Shown here: one piece after another, positions 54,592 through 64,000 of the stretch
Layout of the letters: every line of letters begins with the position of its first letter
How positions within the stretch are numbered: position 1 is the first letter of the stretch
NCBI GenBank assembly: GCA_963804995.1
Contig: CAWDSK010000003.1
Span: 768,001 to 832,000, forward strand
DNA length: 64,000 bases
Direction: 5' to 3'
From: an uncultured Acidobacteriota bacterium
GTDB lineage: Bacteria; Acidobacteriota; Terriglobia; UBA7540
Translations under genes and position numbers: made by a program
Notes under the pieces: model-generated
Databases searched by the model: none
What the model was told of the DNA's origin: nothing
What the model saw: only the letters and a program-made list of their open reading frames with translations

Positions 54592-56652
54592 ATGGATCGA
54601 AGGTGGTTGGGTACGGGACTTATTCTGATCCTGGTTTCGACTTTCGCGGCATCGGCTGAGCACAATCCCTTGTTGCCACGACCGCAGAAAGTTCAGTACG
54701 GGGCGGGAGAACTTGCTTTGCGGGGTCTGGCCATACGCCTGGCGCCCGAGGCGAGTGCCGAAGATCGCTTCACGGCCCAGGAACTTTCTACGTCACTTGC
54801 GAAGATGGCAGGAACTTCCATTCCAATCACGGACCGTGGCGCCTCCGGGATTGCCATCACCTTGCTGCGCACCGGTGCGCTCGATCCGCTGCCCATACCC
54901 GGAGAGAGCGCAGGCCCCGATTCCCGCGAATCGTTTTCCATTAAAGTGACGCCCACGGGCGCCGAGGTTGAGGGGCGGTCCTCCGCCGGCGTGTACTACG
55001 GCGCCCAGACCTTGCTCCAGCTCGTCGAGGGCACGGGCGCGGAAGCCAGGCTTCCGGAGGTCGAGATTCACGACTGGCCCTCGCTCCCCTATCGTGGAGT
55101 TATGATCGACACCAGCCACGGCCCGTTGCCCACCGAAGCGGAAGTGAAGCAGCACCTCGATTTCCTGGCGCGCTGGAAGAACAATCAATACTACCTGTAT
55201 TCGGAGGCGAGTGTCGCGCTGGAAGGATTTCCCATCCTGCGCCCCGAAGCGCAATTCAGCCCGGACGAGATTCGCCGCCTAGTTGCCTATGCGCGCGAGC
55301 GGCACATCGATGTAGTTCCTTGTATGGAACTGTATGGCCATCTCCACGATCTTTTCCGGGTGGAACGCTATGCGGACCTCGCGATTATCCCCCATGGCAG
55401 CGAGTTCAATCCGCGCAATCCGCAGGTAGCGGCGCTATTGAGCAAGTGGGTGGGGCAGCTCGCAGATCTGTTTCCGAGTCAGTTCTTCCACATCGGATTC
55501 GATGAGGTGGAGGAGGCCCCTCGGGTTGCAGTTTCTGAAAAGGTTACGGCAGCCACATTGTATATGGAGCAGTTTCGACTCGTGTCCGGACTGGTTCGGC
55601 AGCATGGCAAGACCCTGCTGGTCTGGAGCGACATGTTTGCCCGGTACCCCGATCTGATCCCCCAGCTCCCAGCCGGCACGATTGTGGTCCCGTGGGGGTA
55701 CGATCGCACGGTTTATGAACCGTACTGGAAGCCCTTCGAGAATAGTTCCCTCCCTCGAATAATCGCGACGGGCGTGAGTATCTGGGATCAGATAGCGCCC
55801 AACTTCGATCGTTCCTTCGATAACATTGACACCTTTCTCGCCGCGGGACGCCCCCACGGAGTGATCGGGCTGATGAATACTGTGTGGACGGACGACATCG
55901 CGGTCTTGATCAGACCTGCTTTCCCCGGCATGGCGTACGGAGCCATCGCCGCCTGGCAGACCGATCCGGTGGACCGCGCAACGTTCTTTCCTGAGTATGC
56001 GCGGATCATGTATGGGGCATCGGCAGGCGCAGAAGTAGCGCCCGGGCTCGCGGCGTTGAACCGCTCAGAAGTCGAACTGGCCCAGGCGGCGGGCGGAGGG
56101 CGTCCGGAATGGGAAGAAACCTCGCCCTCATTCTGGGATGACCCGCTCACTCCAGCTCATCTGGCGCGGGCCGCAGCGCAACGGGAACATTACCGGCAGA
56201 CCCGCCTGGAGGCCGAAGCTGCCGAAGAACATCTTTCCCACGCCCTGCGCCTGGGTGGAGATGCTTCCACTTTGTCAGACCTTCTCTTGGAAGCCCGACT
56301 GCTCGATTACCAGGGGATGAAGAATCTCTTCGCCGATCAAATCGCAGGTTACTGGCGGGAAATGGGCGCGCATCCGGACCCCGACAAACTTGAATTTTAT
56401 ATAGGGGAGTCCACCTCTCACGACCACAGCCTGATCGAAGACCTGATGGATTCCAGTGGCGATCTACAACAAGCGTACCGTGCGGCATGGCTGGATTCCT
56501 ATACTCCCTATCGCCTGGGCACGGTCATGGGCAAATGGAGTGGCGAATTCCAATACTGGTGGAAACTCCAAAGGCGCTTACGCGACCTCGATAATGGGTA
56601 CCATAAGGGCGACGCGCTACCGCCGCTCGAATCGTTGAGCCCTGGACATTGA
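54592..56652 (+). CDS. GH20 beta-N-acetylhexosaminidase-like protein (paralog of 49533..51587)
   Basis: Shared HNPLLPRPQ, GPDSRE, YGHLHDLFR, HIGFDE, WTDD. Confidence 0.88.
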   Translation: MDRRWLGTGLILILVSTFAASAEHNPLLPRPQKVQYGAGELALRGLAIRLAPEASAEDRFTAQELSTSLAKMAGTSIPITDRGASGIAITLLRTGALDPLPIPGESAGPDSRESFSIKVTPTGAEVEGRSSAGVYYGAQTLLQLVEGTGAEARLPEVEIHDWPSLPYRGVMIDTSHGPLPTEAEVKQHLDFLARWKNNQYYLYSEASVALEGFPILRPEAQFSPDEIRRLVAYARERHIDVVPCMELYGHLHDLFRVERYADLAIIPHGSEFNPRNPQVAALLSKWVGQLADLFPSQFFHIGFDEVEEAPRVAVSEKVTAATLYMEQFRLVSGLVRQHGKTLLVWSDMFARYPDLIPQLPAGTIVVPWGYDRTVYEPYWKPFENSSLPRIIATGVSIWDQIAPNFDRSFDNIDTFLAAGRPHGVIGLMNTVWTDDIAVLIRPAFPGMAYGAIAAWQTDPVDRATFFPEYARIMYGASAGAEVAPGLAALNRSEVELAQAAGGGRPEWEETSPSFWDDPLTPAHLARAAAQREHYRQTRLEAEAAEEHLSHALRLGGDASTLSDLLLEARLLDYQGMKNLFADQIAGYWREMGAHPDPDKLEFYIGESTSHDHSLIEDLMDSSGDLQQAYRAAWLDSYTPYRLGTVMGKWSGEFQYWWKLQRRLRDLDNGYHKGDALPPLESLSPGH

Positions 56653-56823
56653 GATTGCGGCGGCGGGTGAGGAAATGCCACCCGCTGCTTCCACCGACAT
56701 CCAGGCTAGTTGCGCCCTGAGCCTAGCGCGCGCATTGAAGCGCAGCGCGACGGCAGGCCCGAAACTCTCTGTGTCCTCCGTGCCACTCAGGCTTTAACGC
56801 AGCGTGCGCGGGGGGACAGAGTC

Positions 56824-57948
56824 TCATACCCACCGCACAGGTTGCTCCACTGCAAATTGAAAAAGCTCCTCAAAGAGGAGCATTTGCACATCAAGGATTT
56901 GCTCCTGGGTAAGAGGCGGCACGGACGCATACGGTATGCCGGCTGAGGTCTCGTGGACGAAGGACACCGCGCCGCAAGTGTGGTGGAGCGCGCTCGCGAG
57001 ATTGAAACTAGGAGGAGGAAAGGCTACGCCATCCTCCTGGGCTTCGGGGCCAGCTTTACGGGTGGAGACCCCGGCATCCCGGTAGCGGGCATAGAGCCGA
57101 TCGGCAAAAGCCTTGATAGTCTCTTTAACCGTCCGCGGGACGTAGGCCGTAGGTTCGACGGTAGGTTCGACTTCGTGCGAGTGCAGTATGGCGACGAAAT
57201 CGGGGGCTTCCTCCCGAGTCAGGCGCAGGAAAGCACGAGTTTCCTCCGCCATCGGGTTAAACCACTCGTCATGCATTAAGTTGATCCCGTCATCGTTGAA
57301 ATAAGCGCCCAATTTTCCCACCGCAGCACCTCGCATGGGATGGATTTGCTTAACGAGTGGCCATACGTAGCTTGTTCCATCCGGCCGCGTACCCATCCCG
57401 ATACGTTCGTACGTGCTGTCGTCGGTTCCTATCCAGATATCTACAGGGCACCTGGCGCGGCCGTCCGGATTTCCCACGGGAACGATAAGCACGCGGCATC
57501 GGGCCAGGTTGGCCGCGAGGTGGGGCCAACCGCGCCCACGAAAATCCTGGCCCGTCTCGGCTACCGAGAGCAGATTATTCAACCCCACTATCCCTTCAAA
57601 CTCCCCGCCGTGTACGGGGCCCAGCAGGAACACCACAGGCTTTTGTTTGCCGTCCTTCCGGCGATACGAGGCCGGGTCGTTCCCCCCGCAGGCGGAGTTA
57701 TAGTTCGCCGTCGATTGGAGAGAGTCTTTATCACCATAGGTTATGAGGTGAAGATTTCGTCCCCCAGCTGATTTTGCTAATACCCGCACATGACCTTCCT
57801 TCACTTGGCTTACGGTAGAGTCGACATCGGCCAAGCGGCTTTTCCAAAAGGGTGGAAGGACATCAGATGCGTCAGCAAAACTCCCTGTTGAGAATAAGCT
57901 CGCCCCGGCGAGCCCTCCTACTGAGAAAAGAACCTCACGACGAGTCAT
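56824..57948 (-). CDS. M14 zinc carboxypeptidase-family protein with a Tat-like signal
   Basis: MTRREVL, VHGGEFEG, NPDGR, GINLMHD, LHSH, HE. Confidence 0.8.
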   Translation of the reverse strand: MTRREVLFSVGGLAGASLFSTGSFADASDVLPPFWKSRLADVDSTVSQVKEGHVRVLAKSAGGRNLHLITYGDKDSLQSTANYNSACGGNDPASYRRKDGKQKPVVFLLGPVHGGEFEGIVGLNNLLSVAETGQDFRGRGWPHLAANLARCRVLIVPVGNPDGRARCPVDIWIGTDDSTYERIGMGTRPDGTSYVWPLVKQIHPMRGAAVGKLGAYFNDDGINLMHDEWFNPMAEETRAFLRLTREEAPDFVAILHSHEVEPTVEPTAYVPRTVKETIKAFADRLYARYRDAGVSTRKAGPEAQEDGVAFPPPSFNLASALHHTCGAVSFVHETSAGIPYASVPPLTQEQILDVQMLLFEELFQFAVEQPVRWV

Positions 57949-58109
57949 AATGGTCCTCCAAGATTTTCCATGGGGAGCAGCGCACTTTAGGCAGGGAGCA
58001 TAGCAACTGCGAGCACCTCGGTCAAGAAGCCAAGTCCATACGTCGTAAGCCACAACGCAAATATCAACGCGATGCTTCGGAAACGGCTTTCTGACGGAAC
58101 GTGGGTTTC

Positions 58110-58330
58110 CGGTGCGCCTATACCTACGGCTGAACAGTGCAGCAAGGGTCGCACGGAGATGCTCTCTACTTCGTTTCGCGATTTCGAACGCAAGGTCCGC
58201 GAACAATTCACGGAGATGTTTTCGATGTCGGGCTTTGACGCGCGGCGGGATATTGCCGGCATCATCCTCAATCGTTGGGGCCACCATTTCATTGCTCCCC
58301 AGCCGGGATTCATTTATGGCTGGGGGACGA
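58110..58330 (+). pseudogene. C-terminal remnant of a spermidine-dehydrogenase-like flavoprotein
   Basis: GRTEMLSTSFRDFERKVREQFTEMF..GFDARRDIAGIILNRWGH; no N-terminal FAD-binding part. Confidence 0.55.
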
Positions 58331-58381
58331 ACCCCGGCTATTCCTCCAACCTTTCAGGTGATATGGCAACGCGTGTAGCGG

Positions 58382-58483
58382 GGCGAATCCGCATGCGAAT
58401 AGTCATAGGAAAATAACGCATGAAAATGTGAAATTTGGTGGGACTACGGTCGCTACGCCCCTCGGAGAGCAACATGTGGGACA
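58382..58483 (-). repeat. 102-bp TGT-terminated repeat (partner of 13936-14037)
   Basis: Gapless 82% match in inverted orientation. Confidence 0.85.
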
Positions 58484-59011
58484 TGTCCCTGGGGTTTCCC
58501 CATTTTGTATGCGAACTCCCCCCGCGCCAGGCCCCCGATTCCCGCAGGGTGACAGAGGAGCGGTTTGGCGACAATACGACCAAGTGACCAAGGCGATCAT
58601 GCAACTCCCCATTATCCGAGATGGGCGTTTTTCGTTCCAAATCCAACTAAGTCCCCCCGCAGCATGTCTTCCGAGTGCGCCATCGTTCGGCCTGACCTTC
58701 GGATTGCTCCTGCGGATTCGCTGATAAAACTAGACAACGTTTCGTGATGCGAAGCCAGCCATAAAGGTCTATACTCTCCGCCAGCGAAGGGAGACCTTCG
58801 ATTGGATCAACGAACTGACCAGGATGCTTATCCAGGTCTGGACGGTTCACACTCAACGCCCAGGCGAAACAGCGCCACCTCTCGCTCTAAAAACTTGATT
58901 ACAGGGAAACGAAGTGATCCCCATCACTCAGAACAGGAAACTGTCGCCCGTTTTCCCCGAACCCTTCGCTCATTATTAGATTGGCCCTTCCCAGGAAAGG
59001 AGGTAGTCATT

Positions 59012-59485
59012 ATGCATCGCTGGCTGACGGTTCTGTTTGTATTCACCCTGCTTGTTTTGAATGCGGCGATGGCTTTTTCTCAGCCCAAGCCCGCACCGGG
59101 AGGCCAGTATCTGACGGTGCAGGACGTTGAGAAGATCACTGGACTTCAGGGAGTTAAACTCGTCCCCGCGGACCCATCGAAAGGGGCAGGGGGCGACCTG
59201 AATTTTGCCAACAAGGATGGGAAGCTGATCCTGATGTCTAATAGAAGCCTTTCTTCCGATATGTTCTATTCACAAACCAAGAAAATGAACGGGGCGTTCA
59301 AGGAGGACATCCAAGGGGTGGGAGATGCCGCGTTTATCGGGCCGCCGGGCAATTACCCCTACTTTGTCGCCTTTAAGAAAGAAAAAGGCTCCGGTTCGGT
59401 GGCCACCTTTTTGGGTTTCACAGGGACCCTGCTTACCATCGATCAGGTCAAGAAAGTAGCTCAGAAGATTGCTTCTGGGATGTAG
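59012..59485 (+). CDS. Secreted small protein, DUF3558-like
   Basis: Signal peptide; LTVQDVEKITG, IQGVGDAAF, KKVAQKIA. Confidence 0.7.
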   Translation: MHRWLTVLFVFTLLVLNAAMAFSQPKPAPGGQYLTVQDVEKITGLQGVKLVPADPSKGAGGDLNFANKDGKLILMSNRSLSSDMFYSQTKKMNGAFKEDIQGVGDAAFIGPPGNYPYFVAFKKEKGSGSVATFLGFTGTLLTIDQVKKVAQKIASGM

Positions 59486-59595
59486 TCACCCCCTTGGGGG
59501 GACTTATTCTAAGTTGAAATTCGGGTAAAGATCGGACCGCCCGTCCCTCGCAATTCCTCGCATTGCTCCGTCCGAAGGAAAGGGAGGGTACAGGT

Positions 59596-61473
59596 ATGCT
59601 CACTCGTTGCTTTCTCCAAAGGTTGGCCCCGCATTTGTTTGTCCTTATTCTGTTCAGCTTCTCAGCCTCCGCCCTGGCTGCCGACTCGCTCCAGGGCACC
59701 TGGCAACACGTGAAGGATTCTCCCAGTGGCTGGCACGTGCTGAAGGGCGGCTCGGCCACCCTGACCTTGAGCACCAACGGCCAGGCGTCCCTCTCCGCGA
59801 CGGTGCCCAACCAGAATCCCCTCAATCAGACGGGCACCTGGTCGCAGCAAGGTGGCCGGGTCACCATCAACATTGCCGGTGAAGTTGAGGTCAACAACCA
59901 GTCGTTCCAGCTCCAGGGCGATACGCTGACGCTGCCCACGCAGCTCTCCAGCGACGACCCGGGCACATCGACGTGGACGCGGGTGAAAGCAGGGGGCATC
60001 GACCTCATCTTCGTGGCGTTCAACGGCGGCCTGGAAAAAGGAGAGAGTGCCACCCAGGCGGCGGAGGAGGCAGCGACGGAGGCCCGTAAACAGGAAGCGG
60101 TCGAAGATGTCAAAGTCAATCCCGGCGGCACGGGGCTGGTGCTAACCCTCAAGCCTGAGGCCCCCGCGAAAACCGGGGCCCCGGCGGCAGGGAAAATGCG
60201 GGCTTCCATCTGGTTTGCCAACAAATCCGCTCCCCGCACCCCACCGGTGCAGCGCAAGCCAACGATGTCGCCACTCGCCGCTGACCCCCGCACGCATATC
60301 GATGCCCAGAATCCTCCCGGCGACCCGGACGCGCCGAAAACGAAGACTGCCCTGGTCGTGGCGCCTTTCCAATCCAAGGTGTACTACGCCTACGATCAGG
60401 CCATTTGGCATGAAGGAGGGGGCGGGACAGGGGGCGCGCCCATCGCCAAGACCACCACCTTCAAGGAACTTGGCGATGACCCTGCGGGGATCGCCAAGAA
60501 ACTGGAGAAAGCCGGTTACGACGTCAAGCTGTTGATCGATGGCCAGGCGACCCCCGGTGAAGTGTTCCGCGCCCTCCAGTCCCGGCCGGCGGTGATCTAC
60601 TTCGCTACCCACGGGGGCATAGGATCAACGCCTACGGTGGAGGACGTGAATGCCGTCCTTGTAGCCGGATTTCTTGGGGTGGACACCACGGGCAAGCAGA
60701 AGGGGTTCCTGACTCCCGCCCTCGCCAGCAGCCGCCTTGCGGAACTGCTGGCCAAGGATAACGTCCCGGAAGCCGCCCGATCAAAAGAGGCTGTTACCTG
60801 GGGCTGCATGCAGGAAGGCCAGAATATGTCTTATTGCTTCCCCCTGTTGTTGCCGAAATTTTTCGAACTGGCGCTGGGTGAGCATGGCGCGCCGGATTCT
60901 TTTGCCTTTATCGACGCCTGCTATTCCGGGACATATCCCATCCTGGCCAAAACCATCAACCCGAAAGTGTACATGGGATACACCGATACCATGGAGGGTT
61001 GGGCCAGCGCGCGCTTCGCCCAATACTTTTTTGGCAATCTTGAACATCGCGGCCACTCCGTGGGTGAGGCATGGGACCGGCTCCTGCATTTGACCGAGGG
61101 GGCCGGTGTTCTCTACCTGGAAGATTCCATCCTCAGCCCGGTCGCACAGGGCGGTGTGGACCTGAAGAAGGAAGGGGCTAATGTCCAGTTGTGGGGAATT
61201 GATCACATCCGATATCACCGCATCAACAACGAGGTGTTTTGGCTGATGGGCATGGCCCGCTGGTCAAGCCAGGATGTTAACAATGGAGCCGACACTCTGG
61301 GGCGCTGTTACGATCAGTACTGGAAGCTCAACAAGCGGCCGGGGCTGGCCGATCAGTTCTGCAATTCGGGCATCCTCGGCGACCACACACCTACCGAGGA
61401 GGAAGTGGCGTTGGCTCGGCATCTCGTTTCGGGCAAGCCGACAAAACCCCTAGGACGGTTTGTTCTGCGCTGA
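59596..61473 (+). CDS. Secreted clan CD (caspase/gingipain-like) cysteine peptidase candidate
   Basis: Signal peptide, beta-rich N-domain, VIYFATHGG and FAFIDACYSG (His-Cys dyad pattern). Confidence 0.65.
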   Translation: MLTRCFLQRLAPHLFVLILFSFSASALAADSLQGTWQHVKDSPSGWHVLKGGSATLTLSTNGQASLSATVPNQNPLNQTGTWSQQGGRVTINIAGEVEVNNQSFQLQGDTLTLPTQLSSDDPGTSTWTRVKAGGIDLIFVAFNGGLEKGESATQAAEEAATEARKQEAVEDVKVNPGGTGLVLTLKPEAPAKTGAPAAGKMRASIWFANKSAPRTPPVQRKPTMSPLAADPRTHIDAQNPPGDPDAPKTKTALVVAPFQSKVYYAYDQAIWHEGGGGTGGAPIAKTTTFKELGDDPAGIAKKLEKAGYDVKLLIDGQATPGEVFRALQSRPAVIYFATHGGIGSTPTVEDVNAVLVAGFLGVDTTGKQKGFLTPALASSRLAELLAKDNVPEAARSKEAVTWGCMQEGQNMSYCFPLLLPKFFELALGEHGAPDSFAFIDACYSGTYPILAKTINPKVYMGYTDTMEGWASARFAQYFFGNLEHRGHSVGEAWDRLLHLTEGAGVLYLEDSILSPVAQGGVDLKKEGANVQLWGIDHIRYHRINNEVFWLMGMARWSSQDVNNGADTLGRCYDQYWKLNKRPGLADQFCNSGILGDHTPTEEEVALARHLVSGKPTKPLGRFVLR

Positions 61474-61839
61474 GCGGCGCGGTGGCGCGCTGCCGGCCGG
61501 TGGTGGTCAGAAACTCGAACATCTACCAGTTGACGAGGTCTTCCACGCGCAACGCACGGTGAAAGAGTACGGGGGACCGTAGAGTATGTCCACTTGAATT
61601 GGGTACACTTGGCCTGTTGAAGCGGCCCGAGGAGTGGAAGGCCTTCAGCACTTCTGAGTATGCGGGCGTGGGCGTTGCCGAGCCGCAGAGCCGGTGCGGG
61701 CGGACAGTCGACTGAGTGCGTTTGCCCGCCGATGAGAACACGAGGATTTGAACGTTTGCGGCTCGTCCCCTATGGGCGACGAAAAGCCGTGGACCTGCCG
61801 GGCGCAGGTCCGCGATGGAAACAGCGAGGCAGAGAAGCG

Positions 61840-62364
61840 TTACAAGCGCGCCGCCACTTGCTCCGCAATGAACTTGGCGACTTCGGCTTTCGGTTTGGGG
61901 CCGGTGTAGGCGTTGGCGGCGACGGTCACTTTCACCTTCCCCTTATGAAAAACGATGCCGTCCATGAGGGTATAGGCGTCTTCTCCAATTCCCGAGACGG
62001 ACTTCTCCTTGGGGTACGTGGCAAATACGTATTTCTTGTCGGCATCCCAGTTTTTGGGATCGATCAACTTAATATCCACCCCGATGAGGCCGTCAGGCAG
62101 GACATCTGCCCCCTCGATCATGCATGATGTATCGCTAAGCCGTTTGATTTGGGCGCCTGCTCCGAAAACCTCCTCAGCATCCTTTGCGGTCAGGAGCGTG
62201 CAGGGGTGGGGCAGGCCGCTGGAGGTGGAGGCCGCGGGCATCGCCGGTGCCGCCGCACTCTTGGCCGTGTTTGGCGATGTGGAAGGCGTGGACTTGGAAC
62301 AGGCGAGAAAACTGCCTGCCCATATGAGAACGAATGCTAGGACCGAAAAACGCAAATAAGTCAT
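61840..62364 (-). CDS. Lipoprotein, DUF3558-like
   Basis: Lipobox FLAC, PCTLLTAKDAEEVFG, VSGIGEDAY. Confidence 0.75.
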   Translation of the reverse strand: MTYLRFSVLAFVLIWAGSFLACSKSTPSTSPNTAKSAAAPAMPAASTSSGLPHPCTLLTAKDAEEVFGAGAQIKRLSDTSCMIEGADVLPDGLIGVDIKLIDPKNWDADKKYVFATYPKEKSVSGIGEDAYTLMDGIVFHKGKVKVTVAANAYTGPKPKAEVAKFIAEQVAARL

Positions 62365-62786
62365 GGGAATCCTCTCTTTCTGAGAATCTCAAAAACCTCA
62401 GGTGATATTTAGAGCGCCGTTTATGCAGTAATGCTGCAACGTGCAATTTCGTATTGCTGTCATTAACAGTCGCACCCCCTGCGGCCCTGCCGCAACTCAC
62501 CCTCCACCGGACCAATCGCAATCTTGAGAAGCTCGGGGTTACCCCGCCAAATCTCCGGCGATTTCAACACACCATCGCGGCATGAAGCCGCCGCTACCGA
62601 GCCTGTAAAGCCGCGCCCTTCCATCCTGCGCGTGAGAAGTCCGGGCTCGCTCAACGAAATCACCGCAAATTCCAAAGATCACTTGGCCGCAGTCCGCTTA
62701 CTGATGTCCCGTCAAAACCGCTGTGCCCGTACCGGTGAAACTGTTCTCACCCGAATCCGCGGCCAGCAGCCTGCGCGAGGAGTCTC

Positions 62787-64000
62787 CTACCAGTCCTTGA
62801 CATTGAGCTTGCGAAAACAATCAAACTCGGGCAACCCCACTCCCCGGCAGAATCTCGAATACTGCATGGGGAGGTCGGCATCGGGCCGGAAGAGCGTTTG
62901 CAGAAGAATGAACCGGTGATACGTAGTGTCTGCCGGAATGTACATGGGACAGGCCCTCACGGGGGCGCCACTCAAGCCCGGCGGCGATCCGCTCTGGTGA
63001 TCGCTCAACCCGCAGGCGTGGCCTACCTCGTGGATCGCGATCTGGGTGGTGAACTGGCGAACCAATGCCTCCCGGCTGGCCGGACTCCGCAAATTGTCGT
63101 GGGCGCGTTGCGCCAGCCAGGGAGGGAAACCTGCACCCGCGAGTTCCTGGCCTTGCGGCGACGTGGGCTGTGCCAGAGCGAGTCCGAGCCATTGGTACAA
63201 GTCCTCGATCTTGGCGCGAATTCGCGCCGGAAACACCTTGCAGGACTTGGCATCCTTCGGTGAGCGGCACCCCTCGCAGTAAGTTATACCCATGCTCTGG
63301 TTCTCTCCCTCCGGATCGTCCGGATCGCTGCTGCCGGGCATACTCACCACGCGCACGGCGTACTTCGGGTGGCCGCTGTCCGAGTTAAAATTGACCAAGC
63401 GCGATGCTATCGGGTCCCCCCCGCCCGCGATCAGGCTCTCGTCCAGCAGGTGGGCGATGATGCCGCTCGCTTGCTCCCAGATGGCGCTATCGAAGATTCC
63501 CGCAGGGTCGATCACCAGGAGTTCCTTACGCTTCGGATCGAAGCGGCGGAACACCTTGTCGCCGTTCTCGACGACCACGAAGCCGCGGTATTCGTCAAAG
63601 TAGGTAAGGCCGTCCCCGGTTCGGTCCTGTCCGGATACCTGGTCTTCGTCGGAATCCTGGGTACCGTGAGCGTTCATCTGCTGGTCCCACGCGTCAGCCA
63701 CGTGGTTCCTGTCGTCATCGCGGGGAATCGTCAGAACCGGGGCGTTGGTGGGTTTGTAAATGGCCTCGAGTTGGAGGTCGGGAGCACTGGCCTTCAGCTT
63801 GCCGTAAGCACCCGTGTCGGTCGCCTCAATGATCACGGCGGCCTCGGACACCCCATCGGAAGTGTGGGCTGTGTATTTGCCGTCCACCACGATGCCAGCC
63901 GGTTGCTTGTCGGCGAAGCGCAGATCGTCCTTGGGGCTGGCGTTTTGCGGGTAGTTACCGCACTGACCCCGGTGCTTGCTGACCTCGTCCAGCACGAAGT
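62787..64000 (-). CDS. Zinc metalloprotease-like protein with Asp-rich Ca-binding motifs, 5' end outside the window
   Basis: IHEVGHACGLSDH (metzincin-like), CPM turn, DDDRNHVADAWD and GDGLTYFDEY. Confidence 0.7.
   Translation of the reverse strand, partial: FVLDEVSKHRGQCGNYPQNASPKDDLRFADKQPAGIVVDGKYTAHTSDGVSEAAVIIEATDTGAYGKLKASAPDLQLEAIYKPTNAPVLTIPRDDDRNHVADAWDQQMNAHGTQDSDEDQVSGQDRTGDGLTYFDEYRGFVVVENGDKVFRRFDPKRKELLVIDPAGIFDSAIWEQASGIIAHLLDESLIAGGGDPIASRLVNFNSDSGHPKYAVRVVSMPGSSDPDDPEGENQSMGITYCEGCRSPKDAKSCKVFPARIRAKIEDLYQWLGLALAQPTSPQGQELAGAGFPPWLAQRAHDNLRSPASREALVRQFTTQIAIHEVGHACGLSDHQSGSPPGLSGAPVRACPMYIPADTTYHRFILLQTLFRPDADLPMQYSRFCRGVGLPEFDCFRKLNVKDW

Noticed and set aside
61523..61741. 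Small minus-strand ORF between the protease pairs
   Set aside because: No SD or recognisable motif; not supportable.

Overview
GC-rich bacterial chromosomal window. Gene content and the GroEL insertion suggest an Acidobacteriota-like organism (inference only). No rRNA, tRNA or CRISPR array was seen. Most of the window is housekeeping and carbohydrate metabolism: fur-katG, pyruvoyl arginine decarboxylase plus a deoxyhypusine-synthase-like gene, iolB with MFS transporters, ino1, two cyclophilins, groES-groEL, DUF47-PiT, uvrB, a parvulin, sugar-acid dehydrogenases, kdgD, fba, two GH20 paralogs and a cluster of secreted proteases. The unusual part is 5.3-12.3 kb. There an intact REP-associated tyrosine transposase (RAYT, HUH/Y1) sits at the end of a string of small accessory modules: AbrB-VapC, an orphan XRE antitoxin, a translationally coupled TIR-TM + PIN nuclease pair, a GIY-YIG-like protein and a secreted protein. 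These modules are separated by ~90-bp REP doublets built from the RAYT's own two ends, so the region looks like a cassette array with REPINs instead of attC sites. Relics of the same element, two of them carrying RAYT coding sequence, are scattered across the window. Also notable: a ~1.05-kb duplication whose dhs fragment differs almost only at synonymous sites, a 102-bp TGT-terminated repeat family, three TA modules with dead or missing toxins, and several genes disrupted by a single lesion (katG nonsense; frameshifts in vapC, a PP2C phosphatase and a cyclophilin) that may be real or sequencing errors.
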